The notes under the pieces were generated by a model. It saw nothing but the letters and a program-made list of their open reading frames with translations. It searched no databases and had not been told where the DNA came from. The position numbers were made by a program, and so were the translations under genes. From assembly GCF_963921235.1 (NCBI RefSeq), contig NC_086097.1, positions 118,918,001-118,982,000 of the forward strand: 64,000 nucleotides of DNA, in the 5' to 3' direction. Source of the stretch: Mobula hypostoma (lineage: Eukaryota). Of this stretch, positions 14,034-26,224 are shown in pieces. Position 1 is the stretch's first letter, and every line of letters begins with the position of its first letter.

Positions 14034-14741
14034 TTCCTCTCTGTTTGTCTTTTCTACTTCTATAGGCTGGATCTTGTTGAACTGTATCAGATCGAGCATA
14101 ATGATGTAGCAAGGTCTGTGATCGATTGATCTTGTAATGAATTGATTGGGCCTCCTATGTTCAGAGGGCTCTCTCTTTTTGCACTGGCTTTCAAGTGTGC
14201 ACTTTTTTCATCGCGGCAGAAGCTGTTCGCCATTTTTGAACTGTAGGTCGTCCAGCATGTACAGTGGCTTACATGACTTAGTAAAAACATTTAATCCTTC
14301 AGTTCATCTGCATAGTTGTTCTTGCTCCACATTTTGGTAACACACATCTCCCAACCAACTCACCTTATACCCACTTCATCCACAGATATTAACCTCTAAA
14401 AAGCTACTGACAGGGTGCTATGTGGTTAGTGTCAGATTTGGGGCTTAGAATCCAATAGAGTTCATTGGAGGATCTCTAGCTTCCAGGCATTTATACTGTG
14501 AATTTTTGCCTCTGAAACTACCAAAGTTACATCTGAAAGAATTTCAACTCCTTTCATTCCAATTGAAAATAATGGCTGCTAAAGACAAAGGAAACCATTC
14601 ATATTTGTTCACAGAATTCAGTCAGCAAATTCACTTAATTGTTTTAAGAGCTTCCTAGTATTTTAATTTGTCTTTTTTTTTATTTGTAATGCTTTAAAAA
14701 AAATTGATGCAACTTTTAATCACGAGTACTCAAATTGTTTG

Positions 14742-14953
14742 ACACACACAAAATGCCCGAGGAATTCATCAGGTCAAGCAGTATCTATAAAAAGAGTAAA
14801 CGGTTCATGTTTTGGGCCATGACCCTTCATCAGGATTCACCTGAAACATCAACTGTTTATTCCTCTCCATAAATCCTGCCTGGCCTGCTGAGTTCCTCCA
14901 GCATTTTGTGTGTGTTCCTCTGGATTGGTAGCATCTGCAGAATCTCTTGTGTT
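14742..14953. mobile_element. Inverted pair of Penelope-derived terminal segments
   Basis: The left arm acacacacaaaatg...gacccttcatcagga is antisense and the right arm cctgaaacatcaactg...cattttgtgtgtgt is sense. Confidence 0.7.
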
Positions 14954-16570
14954 TACAAGTTGTTTGACATTTATGACAACTGGTTAATCCAGGTGTGTGA
15001 TTTAGCCAGTTCTCAAAATATTTCTGTAGGTGAAATTTACTATTTATGGTTGTGGGGCCCTATGCTGTGCAACGTCGCACCTACGAGATTTGGATACAGC
15101 TTCAAGATCCACTCCGGGTGAAAGGAGACTTCCTCTAGCTCAATAGTACATTGGATGAGGAAGTGATGAGTGTCGTTAGATTTTATTTTTACTTACTGCT
15201 TAAGTTAATCAGAAGTACAGAAACTAATCTCAGTCAATAATTTACTTTAGAGTGTTCATCTATGATTTTTTTTAACAAATTCGACCGTAAATTTTATGAT
15301 AGCTCATTAAACAAAGGTTTGTAAGAGAGGAGCTTTTCAGTGGAAGTTAGCCTTACACCCCATGAATGAACAACGAATCACACAAGCTGTAAATTGAGCA
15401 TGCCGAGTTTGCAGCCAAGTATTCAATATGCAGTTCTCTTCCATAAATTATTTCTAACTTACGTATAATTAATGCAGCTCTAATGAGCTGTTCATTGATT
15501 GATTCAATTTTCTTGCTCTTTTTAAAGACTTGCAAAATACAAGCTCAATACCCTTTACTAAAGCTTCTTAATTTCTATACCCTTTACTCTTGAAATTTCA
15601 AACCTTAGTGTCAGTGAGAAAGTCAACATTCACCATATAATATAATTTTTCAACTAAAGAAAACATAGTGAGAAACAGAGTAAAGCTAAACATGGCAAAT
15701 AGGTCATTGAGGAAGAACTTTCATGATTGATTGATGATTAAACAGTGGTATTTTGCAATTTAAATTAAATATAGGCTTATTATAAAATCCAATTATTTGC
15801 CAACTTGCTTTATCTGAACATTTAAAAAGCAAAAACTCATTGAATCCTGCTGTTTAAGTCTTTCTTAAATATAATGACAAGTAATTCTGACATAAGGAAT
15901 TGAAACATTTACATTCAAATTTTCATCCAATGTACATAAGGAGCTAGAGGAATGGACGTAATGTGCATATTCAAAGGAACTATATATTTTGTTTTAGTTG
16001 AACGTATAGGTTTAATGATCAGTGGCAAAAACAAATGATTCACTGGCTGCTTTGATCTCTTATATCATATATAGATATTCAAAGTAAATATCAGCACTCA
16101 AAGATAAGGCCTGCCTGCTCAATACTCATGATGACTGTCTTTGTTTGGGAGGGTGAAGTGCAAAATTTTCACTTGAGACTGGAATCAACATCAAAATATA
16201 CAGGAAGGTGTAAAACTGGCTCATTACATTGAAGGAAATGAACAGTTAATTGTCTCCATAACAGGCACCTGATACCAGTATCCTAATTATACCAAAGCAA
16301 CATACTGACAGTATACATCACTGATTCTAATCCCATTTCTCAGTCTTTTCGTGCAAATATTCTTCCGTTGCAAATACATGCCCATTTTCTTGTTACCTAA
16401 TACTGTAGCTTGTGTTAATGGACTTCCTGTTGCAAAAAAGAACTCAAGGAGGAGATTGAAAGGCAAAAAGGGGTCATGAAATGGCCTTGGAGTCTTGATG
16501 AAGGGTCTTGGCCCAAAATATTGACTCTTTATTCCTTTCCGTAGATGCTGTCTGACTTGCTGAGTTCCGT

Positions 16571-17372
16571 AAGATCATAAGACCATAAGGTATAGGAGCA
16601 GCCACTTGATCCATCTAGTCTTTTCCACCATTCCATTATGGCTGATTTATTATCCCTCTCAAACTCATTCTTCTGCCTTCTCCTGTAACTTTTGATGCTC
16701 TGACTACCAAGAATTTATCAACCTCTATTTTAAAAATACTCAATGACTTGGCCTCCACAGCCATCTATGGCAATGAATTCTACAGATTCACTACTCCCTT
16801 GCTGAAGAAATTGGTTCTTATCTCAGTTCTAAAGGGATGTCCCTCTATTCTGAGGCTGTGCCCTCTGGACCCAGACTCACACACTATAAGAAACAGCCTC
16901 TCCACATCCATTTGGTCTAGGCCTTTCAATATTCAATAGGCTTCAGTAAGATTCCCCCCCCCCCATTCTTCTAAATTCCAGCAAGTACAAGCCCAGAGCC
17001 ATCAAACGCTTCTCATACATTAACCTTTTCATTCTCGGAATCATTCTCGTGAACATCCTTTGGACCTTCTCCAATGCCAGCACATCTTTTCTTTGATAAT
17101 GAGCCCAGAACTACACACAGTACTCCAAGTACAGTGTGACCAATGCCTTATAAAGCTTCAACATCACGTCCCTGCTGTTATACTCTAGTCCTCTCAAAAT
17201 GAATGCTAACATTCCTTTGGCCTTCCTTACCACTGACTCAAACTTCAAGTTAACATTTAAGGAATCCTGCATAAGTATTCTCAAATCCCTTTGAACCTCA
17301 GATTTTTGGATTTTCTTCCTGTTTAGAAAATATTCTGTGCATTTATTTCTTCTACCAAAGTGCATGGCCATT
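16571..17372 (-). mobile_element. CR1 LINE 3' fragment
   Basis: ORF 17111..17371 reads MHFGRRNK...RDL...LYKALV...LEYCV, with a (gaccataa) tail at ~16575. Confidence 0.85.
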
Positions 17373-17455
17373 GTGGAAATAGGTATTGAACCTTATATTT
17401 TTTGTAACCACTTGATGTGACAAAGTAGAGTTGTACAATCGTAGAGTGATAAGCT

Positions 17456-17491
17456 AGTTCTGACGAAGGGTCTCGGCCTGAAACATCGACT
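17456..17491 (+). ncRNA. Minimal type I hammerhead ribozyme-like motif in a Penelope-derived short repeat (17456-17590)
   Basis: AGUU-CUGACGA-AGG(GUCUCGG)CCU-GAAAC-AUC-GACU. The core boxes and stems I and II are present, but stem III is mismatched. Confidence 0.6.
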
Positions 17492-18166
17492 GCGCCTCTT
17501 CCTATAGATGCTGCCTGGCCTGCTGCGTTCACCAGCAACTTTGATGTATGTTGCTTGAATTTCCAGCATCTGCAGAATTCCTGTTGTTTATGTTGCAATA
17601 TATGTGTGTGACTAAAGTAACAAGAAGAATCTAACAGCAGTGTGCTTACTAATGGAATACATGACTGCAAGCACCCAATGTACTGAACCTTGTGCAAGAA
17701 TAAGGAAGTAGCAAAGACAAGTCAACCACAGATGGAAGACTACAACAAACCTGTCCGTTTGATGATTGAAAGGACTGAGCTCGCTGGAAATAGTAACCTT
17801 GCTTGTTCTTATGTATCAAAAGATCACTTTGTAAATGGCATGTTGGAAGTCTCCTACCATTCCTGGTGGGAGTAGAGGTGAACTTCCCTTTGCAATTAAT
17901 GAAGAATAAAGGTGCTTGATAAAGTTCTACTCAGTGTTGGTATTGTGCTTTGTGAGACTTAACAGAGAGATACTCAACACCATTGTCTTCCCTACTCTAC
18001 GTTCCACCTGCCTCTCTTTGCCCATTCTCCCAATGTGTCTAAGGCCTTCTGCAGAACCCCTGCTTCCACAACACTACCCACCCCTACACCTATCATTGTA
18101 CTACCTGCTACCTTAGCCACAAAGCCATCAATTGTATCCCCAACAAACCATTAACATTAAAAAGAA

Positions 18167-18747
18167 AACAACAGGAATTCTGCAGATGCTGGAAATTCAA
18201 GCAACACACATCAAAGTTGCTGGTGAACACAGCAGGCCAGGCAGCATCTCTAGGAGGAGGTACAGTTGACGTTTCGGGCCAAGACCCTTCGTCAGGACTA
18301 ACTGAAGGAAGAGTTAGTAAGAGATTTGAAAGTGGGAGGAGGGAGAGGGAGATCCAAAATGATAGGAGAAGACAGGAGGGGGAGGGATGGAGCCAAGAGC
18401 TGGACAGGTGATTGGCAAAAGGGGATATGAGAGGATCATGGGACAGGAGGCCCAGGGAGAAAGACAAGGCGGGGGGGGACCCAGAGGATGGGCAAGGGGT
18501 ATAGTCAGAGGGACAGAGGGAGAAAAGGAGAGTGAGAGAAAGAATGTGTGTATAAAAATAAATAACGGATGGGGTACAAGGGGGAGGCGGGGCATTAGCA
18601 GAAGTTAGAGAAGTCAATGTTCATGCCATCAGGTTGGAGGCTACCCAGACGGAATATAAGGTGTTGTTCCTCCAACCTGAATGTGACTCCATCTTTACAG
18701 TAGAGGAGGCCGTGGATAGACATGTCAGAATGGGACATCAGAATGGA
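18167..18747 (-). mobile_element. 5'-truncated Penelope-like element with 14-bp TSD
   Basis: Homologous to 4380-4895 in reverse. Flanked by AACATTAAAAAGAA at 18153-18166 and 18748-18761. Confidence 0.9.
18263..18300 (-). ncRNA. Minimal hammerhead ribozyme-like motif in Penelope pLTR
   Basis: The minus strand reads UAGUC-CUGACGA-A-GGG(UCUUGG)CCC-GAAAC-GUC-AACUG, giving an intact core, a GUC cleavage triplet and a loopless stem III. Confidence 0.7.
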
Positions 18748-21480
18748 AACATTAAAAAGAAGCATTCTCAACACTGACCCCTGCAGAAAACCACTGATGA
18801 AAGGCAGTCAAGCAGAAAAGGTTCCTTCATTCCCAGTCATTCCCACTCATTCCCACGTCAGTCAGCCAGTTTTCTATGCATGCTAGTATTTTTGCTGTAA
18901 TACCTTGGTTTCTTATCTCCTTAAACAGCCTCACGTGCAATACGTTGACAAAGGTCTTCTGAAAATCCAAGTACACAATATCCACTGATTCTCCTTTGTC
19001 TACTTCCCTGTTATTTCCTCAAAGAATTCTAGCAGATTTGTCAGGCAAGATGTCCCCTCAGGATAATCATGCTGACTCTAGCTTATTTTATCATGTACCT
19101 CCAAGTATCCCAAAACCTCATCCTTAATAATAGCTCCAACATTTTCCCAACCACTTAAGTCAGGCTAACTGGCCTATTTTTTTCCACCTCCTTCCCTTCT
19201 TAGTGGAGTGACGTGCAATTTTCCAGTCTTTCGGAACCATTGCAGAATTAGTGATACTTGAAAGATCATTACCAATGCCTCCACAATCTCTTCAACTACC
19301 TCTTTCAGAACCCTGGGGTGTAGTCCATCTGGTCCAGGTGACTTATTTATTTTCAGACCAGTCAGGTTCCCAAGCATATTCTCCTTAGTAATAGCAGCTC
19401 CACTTAGTTCTACCCTCTGACAGTTTAGAATTTCTCACATGCTGCTCATGTCTTCCACAGCGAATGCTGATGCAATGAACTTATCAAGTTCATTCACTGT
19501 CTTTTTGTCCCTGTTACTACCTCTCCAGTGTAATTTTCCAGCTGTCCAATATCCATTCTTGTCTCTCTTTTCCTCCTTATATATCTGAAAAGAAAACTTT
19601 TGGTATCCACTTTAGTATGATTGCCTAGCTTAACTTTGCATTTAATCTTTACTCCCTTACAGTTTTCTTTCTCAATTGCATTCTATTTGTATATTTTAAA
19701 CTACCCAATTATCTACTTTCCCACTAATTTTTCGATATCAAATGCCCCCCTTTTGGTTTTATGCTACTTTTAACTTAATTTGTCAGCCACGGTTGCTTCA
19801 CCCTCCCTTTAGAATACTTCTTCATCTTTGAGATGTATTTATCCTGCATGAGTGATTCCCAGAATCTCCAGCCATTCCTGTTCTGCCATCATCCCTGCTA
19901 GTGTCCCCTTCCAATCGACTTTGGCCAGTTCCTCTCTCATACTCTGTAATTCCCTTTACTCCGTTGTAATACTGATAGATCTGACTTTAGCTTCTCTCTC
20001 TCAAACTGCCAGGTGATTTCCATCATATTATGATGCTGCTGCTTACTTTAAGTTTCCTAATCAAATCTGGTTCATTTCACAGCACCCAATTGAGAAAATC
20101 CTAGTGGAGAAAGTTGTTTTGTAGACTTTCTACAAATTTCTTCTCGGGATCTAGCAGCAGCCTAATTTTTGCAATGTACCTGCATATTGAGATCCCCCTA
20201 TAGTAATATTACACTTACTACATGCCTTCCCTATTTACTGTTGAAATTTACATCTCACACATTTACATCTACAGTTTGGAGACCTGTGCATAATTCCTAT
20301 TAGGGTCTTCTTGCCCTTGCAGTTTTTTAAACTCTACCCACAAGTATTCTACACCTTCCAAATCTATGTCACCTCTTTCTGAGGATTTGATTTATTTTTT
20401 TACCAACAGAAGCAACCCACCCCCTCTGCCTACCTTTCCTGTCCTTTCAATACAATAGGTCCTTGGATGTTAAGCTCCCAACTATAATCTTCTTTCAGCT
20501 ACAAATCAGTAATGCCCACAACATCAAAGCTGCCAATTTCTAACTACGCCACAAGATCATTTACCTTAATCTGTATAACAACAGCAGTCCTGTATTCATC
20601 ATCTTTTTCAATTTTACCTCATGTTACACTTCGAATCACCCCACTGGCTGCAATTTTGTTTATCATCTGTTTGTCCTTCTTCACAATCTCACTACACACT
20701 GCATCATCTTGTACACCAACTGCCCCATCCTCAGCCCCATCACTTTGTTTCCCATTCCTCGCCAACTTAATTTAAACCTTCTCCTACAATTCCAGCAAAC
20801 CTGCCCACAGGGATATTGGCTGTCCTTGGATTTAGGTGTAACCCATCCTTGTTGAACAGATCGTACCTTCCCCAGAAGAGATCCTAATGATCCAGAAACC
20901 TGAAATCCTGCCCTCTGCAACACATCCTCAGCCACTCATTCATCTGTACTGTCATCATGTTCCTGCTCTGAGTAGCACATGGTACAGGGAGTGAACCGGA
21001 GATTACTCCCTTGTCGGTCCTGCTCTGCGGCCTCTTCCCTAACTCCCTTTACTCACTGTAGAGGAGCTCCCCTTTACTGTGCCTCTCATTTTTGCCAATG
21101 TGCAGAACGGCCTTTGGCTGCTCACTCTTCCCCTTGAGAATTTTCTGCAGCTGCTCTTAGAATTTTCCATACCATGGAACCTTGCACCTGGGAGGCAACA
21201 CACCATCCTGGCTACTTTTTCATGGCCATAGAATATGTTCTCCATCCCGCTATCTATTGAGTCTCCCATTACTATTGCTCTGTCCAAATCTAGCCTTCAC
21301 TGCTGAGCCTCAGAGCTGGCCATAGTGCCAACTTCAGCATTCGGGCTGTGCGGGAGCAAGGAGTGCTCGAGGTCGACGGACGACTAGAGATTGAAGGATC
21401 AGCCGTTGTAGGTAGGCCGTGGAAGATCGGGACTACCTAGGCATTACCTGGGGAGGAAAGTAAAACTGTGCAGGCGCGGG

Positions 21481-21510
21481 TGACGTCAGCGCGAGCGCGG
21501 AGTTTAAAAA
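21481..21510 (+). promoter_or_regulatory. CRE site (TGACGTCA) and TATA-like TTTAAAAA in the CR1 5' region
   Basis: The motifs are seen directly within a CpG-rich patch. Their function is inferred only. Confidence 0.35.
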
Positions 21511-21714
21511 GAGGCACACTTTCAGGTGCGGGCAGCGTCAGTGTGGGCAGCGGAGTGCGCAGGAGCAGAGTGCTGGACTTTGGCTCAGTGGGCTTCGGCG
21601 TAAGGGGGTCTTCAGTGAGAGGTAATCAGTGAGCCTGAGTACGTGCTTGCTGATGGAAAAAGGTAAGGTTGGTAGGTACTTTTTCATTTATTCTGATTAA
21701 TCTGGGATCAGGTA

Positions 21715-22656
21715 ATGGGGGAGATAGTTAGAGCAGTGGTGTGCTCTGTATGCAGTATGTGGGAGGTCAGGGTCAACGCAGTTGTCCTTGATGACCACAC
21801 CTGCAGAAGGTGCATCCAGCTGCAGCTCCTATCAGAGCGAGTTAGGGAATTGGAGCTGGAGCTGGATGAACTACAGATCATTCGGGAGGCAGAGACAGAG
21901 ATAGATAAGAGTTATTGGGAGGTAGTCACACCGAAAAGACGGGAGGTAGGCAACTGGGTGACTGTCAGGAGATCGAGCGGGAGCAGGCAGAGACAGCACA
22001 GCACCCCTGTGGCCATTCCCATCAACAATAAGTATACCGTTTTGGATACTGTTGGTGGGGATGACCTACCAGGAACAAGTTGCAGTGGTCCTGTCTCTGG
22101 CACTGAAGTTGGACCCTCAACTCAGAAGGGGAGGAGGGAAGAGAGGACAGCGGTAGTGAAAGGGAATTCTATAGTCAGGGGGGCAGATAGGAGATTTTGT
22201 GGGGGAGATCGAGAGTCTCGGATGGTGTGTTGCCTCCCTGGTGCCGGGGTCCGGGACATTTCAGATCGGGTGCAGGTTATTCTCGAGAGGGAGGGCAAGA
22301 ATCCAGATGTTGTGGTCCATGTAGGGACCAACAACGTGGGTAGGAAGAGTGAGGGGGTCCTGCGTAGTGAGTTCAGGGAGTTAGGTGCGAAGGTGAAGGA
22401 CAGGACCTCCAGGGTAACAATCTCAGGATTGCTACCTGTGCCACGTGCGAGTGAGGCAAGGAACAGAAGGATTATACAGATCAATACATGGCTGAGAGGA
22501 TGGTGCAGGAGGGAGGACTTCAGGTTTTTAGATAATTGGGCTTTGTTCCAGGAAAGATGGGATATGTTCCGACGGGACCGTTTACACCTGAACTGGAGGG
22601 GTACTAACATTCTTGCAGGAAAGTTTGCTAGTGCTGCTTGGGGGGGTTTAAACTAA
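21715..22656 (+). CDS. CR1 ORF1p (Cys-rich N-terminus, coiled coil, SGNH esterase domain)
   Basis: Open 313-aa frame with CSVC...CRRC, GNSIVRG (normally GDS), HVGTNN and DRLHLN. Confidence 0.9.
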   Translation: MGEIVRAVVCSVCSMWEVRVNAVVLDDHTCRRCIQLQLLSERVRELELELDELQIIREAETEIDKSYWEVVTPKRREVGNWVTVRRSSGSRQRQHSTPVAIPINNKYTVLDTVGGDDLPGTSCSGPVSGTEVGPSTQKGRREERTAVVKGNSIVRGADRRFCGGDRESRMVCCLPGAGVRDISDRVQVILEREGKNPDVVVHVGTNNVGRKSEGVLRSEFRELGAKVKDRTSRVTISGLLPVPRASEARNRRIIQINTWLRGWCRREDFRFLDNWALFQERWDMFRRDRLHLNWRGTNILAGKFASAAWGGLN

Positions 22657-22959
22657 ATTTGCAGGGGGCAGGGATCCAGAATGTGAGAAAGGATAGCGAG
22701 ATGAAGTATAAAGGACAGGTGGGGACTACACGGTTCCGGAATATTAAGTGTGAAGTAGAGAAAGGTGAGGTGGAACGAGTGATAAGGCGGATACATGTGC
22801 AGAGGGATGGTCTGACAGAGCATGGAGTTAAATGTGCAGAAAGAGTAAGTAAATTTAAGAAGGACAACAAAATTCAAGGGGCGTATAGCCCGGTGAGAGT
22901 TCGGGGAGCTGGGTTATGCACAATAGGTAGCGATTTAAACAGAGAGAGGAGAAATGGGT

Positions 22960-25766
22960 TAAAAATTCTATATCTGAATGCACGAAGTGTCAGAAATAAG
23001 GCGGATGAGCTTGAAGCTCAGGTGCGAATGGGTAACTACGATGTTGTTGGGATAACGGAGACATGGCTGCAGGGGGATCAGACCTGGGAATTGAATGTAC
23101 AAGGGTATACGTGCTATTGAAGGGACAGAATGGTGGGCAGAGGGGGTGGGGTGGCCCTGTTGGTGAGGAATGAGATTCAGTCCCTTGCAAGGGGGGACAT
23201 AGAATCAGGAGAAGTAGAGTCAGTGTGGATAGAACTGAGGAACAGTAAGGGCAAAAAGACCCTAATAGGTGTTATCTACAGGCCCCCAAACAGTAGCATG
23301 GATATTGGGTGCAAGTTGAATAGGGAGTTAACAATGGCATGTGGCAAAGGAAATGTCGCAGTAGTTATGGGCGATTTCAACATGCAGGTGAACCGGGAAA
23401 ATCAGGTTGGTACTGGACCCCAGGATAGGGAGTTTGTAGAGTACCTACGGGATGCATTTTTGGAGCAGCTTGTATGAGAGCCGACCAGGGATAAGGCTAC
23501 TCTGGATTTAGTGTTGTGCAATGAACAGGATTTGATAAGTGATCTTGAAGTAAAGGAGCCATTAGGAGGTAGTGACCATAATATGATAAGTTTTTATCTG
23601 CAAGTTGAGAAGGATTAGGGCAGATCAGAAGTGTCAGTATTGCAGTTGAACAAAGGAGACTATGGAACCATGAGGGAGGAGCTGGCCAAGGTTGACTGGT
23701 TGGATATCCTAGCAGAAAAGACAGTGGAATAGCAATGGCAGGTATTCTTGGGAATAATGCACAAGGTGCAAAATCAGTTCATCCCCCGGAGAAGGAAGGA
23801 TTCAAAGGGGGGAAAGTGGCCACAGTGGTTGACAAAGGAAGTCAGAGATAGCATAGCATTAAAAAAGAAGTATAACAGAGCTAAGGTGAGTGGGAAGACG
23901 GATGATTGGGAAATTTTTAAGGAGCAACAGAACTTAACTAAAAAAGCAATACGGGGAGAAAAAATGAGGTATGAACGCAAGCTAGCTAGGAGTATAAAGG
24001 AGGATAGCAAAAGTTTTTTTAGGTATGTGAAGAGAAGGAAGATAGTGAAGAACGATGTCGAGCCCTCGAAGAATGAATTGGGAGAAATTGTTATGGGAAA
24101 CAGAGAAATGGCAGACGAATTTAATAAGTACTTTGGATCTGTCTTCACTAGGGAAGACAAAAGCAATCTCCCAGATGTATGGGTGGGCCAAGGACAAAGG
24201 GTAACAGAGGAACTGAAACACGTTGACATTAGGAAGGAAACGGTGATGAGTAGACTGATGGGACTGAAGGCTAACAAATCCCCAGGTCCAGATGGTCTGC
24301 ATCCTAGGGTACTAAAGGAGGTGGCTCTGGAAATTGTGGATGCATTGGTGATCATTTTCCAATGTTCCTTAGATTCAGGATCAGTTCCTGAGGATTGGCG
24401 AATGGCTAATGTTATCCCACTTTTTAAGAAAGGAGGGAAGGAGAAAACAGGGAACTATCGCCCTGTTAGCCTAACATCAGTAGTGGGGAAGATGCTAGAG
24501 TCCATTATTAAAGATGAAATAGCGACATATCTTGATAGCAGTGATACGATTGGGCCGAGCCAGCATGGATTTACCAAGGGCAATTCATGCTTGAATAATC
24601 TATTAGAGTTTCTCGAGGATGTAACCAGGAAGAAAGACGCGGGAGATCCAGTGGATGTGGTGTACCATGACTTTCAGAAGGCATTTGATAAGGTACCACA
24701 TAGGAGATTGGTGGGTAAAATCAGAGCTCATGGCATTGGGGGGAGGATTTTGACATGGATACAAAACTGGTTGGCAGATAGAAAGCAAAGGGTAGCAGTG
24801 AATGGGTGTTTCTCGGAATGGCAGGTGGTGACTGGTGGGGTGACACAGGGCTCAGTATTGGGACCACAGCTGTTTACGATTTACGTTAATGATTTAGAGG
24901 AAGGCATTGTGAATAACATCAGCAAGTTTGCTGATGATACTAAGCTGGGTGGCAGTGTGACATGTGATGAGGATGTTAGGAGAATTCAAGGTGACTTGGA
25001 TAGGCTGGGTGAGTGGACAGAAACTTGGCAGATGGCATTTAATGTGAATAAGTGTGAGGTTATTCACTTTGGGAGCAAGAACAGGAAGGCAGATTATTAT
25101 CTGAACGGTGTGGAGTTAGGTAAGGGAGAAATACAAAGAGATCTAGGAGTACTTGTTCATCAGTCTCTGAAGGTGAATGAGCAAATGCAGCAGGCAGTGA
25201 AGAAGGCTAATGGAATGTTGGCCTTTATTACAAAGAGAATGGAGTACAAGAGCAAGGAAATCCTTTTGCATTTGTACAGGGCCCTGGTGAGACCACACCT
25301 GGAGTATTGTGTGCAGTTTTGGTCTCCAGGGTTAAGGAAGGACATCCTGGCTGTGGAGGAGGTGCAGCGTAGGTTCACTAGGTTAATTCCTGGGATGTCC
25401 GGACTGTCTTACGCAGAGAGGTTAGAGAGACTGGGCTTGTACACGCTGGAATTAAGGAGATTGAGGGGGGATCTGATTGAGACATATAAGATTATTATGG
25501 GATTGGACAAGATAGAGGCAGGAAATATGTTCCAGATGCTGGGAGAGTCCAGTACCAGAGGGCATGGTTTAAGAATAAGGGGTAGATCATTTAGGACAGA
25601 GTTGAGGAGGAACTTCTTCTCCCAGAGAGTTGTGGAGGTGTGGAACGCGCTGCCTCAGAAGGCAGTGGAGGCCAATTCTCTGGATGCTTTCAAGAAGGAG
25701 CTAGATAGGTATCTTATGGATAGGGGAATCAAGGGTTATGGGGACAAGGCAGGAACTGGATATTGA
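22960..25766 (+). pseudogene. CR1 ORF2 (APE endonuclease plus reverse transcriptase) with premature stops in the endonuclease half; 23748..25766 still open
   Basis: Motifs YLNARS, GITETW, VIYRPP, MGDFN, NYRPVSLTS, DFQKAFDKV, QGSVLGP and FADD. Confidence 0.92.
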
Positions 25767-26008
25767 TAGTAAATGATCAGTGATGATCTCAGAATGGTGG
25801 TGCAGGCTCGAAGGGCCGAATGGTCTACTTCTGCACCTATTGTCTATTGTCTATTGTCTATTCTGTGTATGTTATTCTGCATTTCTAGCATCTTCAGAAT
25901 CTCTGATGTTTATGAATTAGCCTTGGCAAGTAAGATTGCAGATTCAAATTCATTTATTTATCACATGTACATTGAAACATACAATGAAAAGCATCATTTG
26001 TATTAACA

Positions 26009-26095
26009 CAGTGAAGAGAGTTCAAGGAGTTAGGAAAACCAGCACATCCCCCAGAGATGTGCTGGTTTTCCTAACTCCTTGAACTCTCTTCACTG
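26009..26095. repeat. Perfect 40-bp inverted repeat with 7-nt spacer
   Basis: 26009-26048 is the exact reverse complement of 26056-26095. Confidence 0.97.
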
Positions 26096-26224
26096 CCCCT
26101 AAAACCATCTTTATAAACCCAAAAATCTCAGCTAAGTCTCAGTCACAATATGGATGGATATCATGTCTCTATCTTCACCAGAAAAAGAATCCTAGGCATT
26201 TTATACTTACTCTGAAATTACGGA

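Larger units (their letters stand above)
17985..21330 (-). mobile_element. Long degenerate CR1 LINE (ORF1 esterase, endonuclease and RT remnants)
   Basis: ORF 21039..21287 has VMGDSI...RMVCCLPGAR. ORF 19174..19377 has KSPGPDGLHPRVLKEV. Confidence 0.8.
21335..25862 (+). mobile_element. Near-full-length CR1 LINE
   Basis: GC-rich 5' UTR, ORF1, ORF2 (APE plus RT, broken by a few stops) and a (CTATTGT)n tail. The 5' boundary is approximate. Confidence 0.95.

Noticed and set aside
14066..14113. Short plus-strand exon after a strong pyrimidine tract (LDLVELYQIEHNDVAR)
   Set aside because: The pyrimidine tract adjoins a CR1 tail, the donor is weak, and no partner exons or recognisable protein were found.
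22122..24355. Long antisense ORFs (162 and 193 aa) over the CR1
   Set aside because: They are shadow frames opposite real retroelement ORFs and carry no independent motifs.
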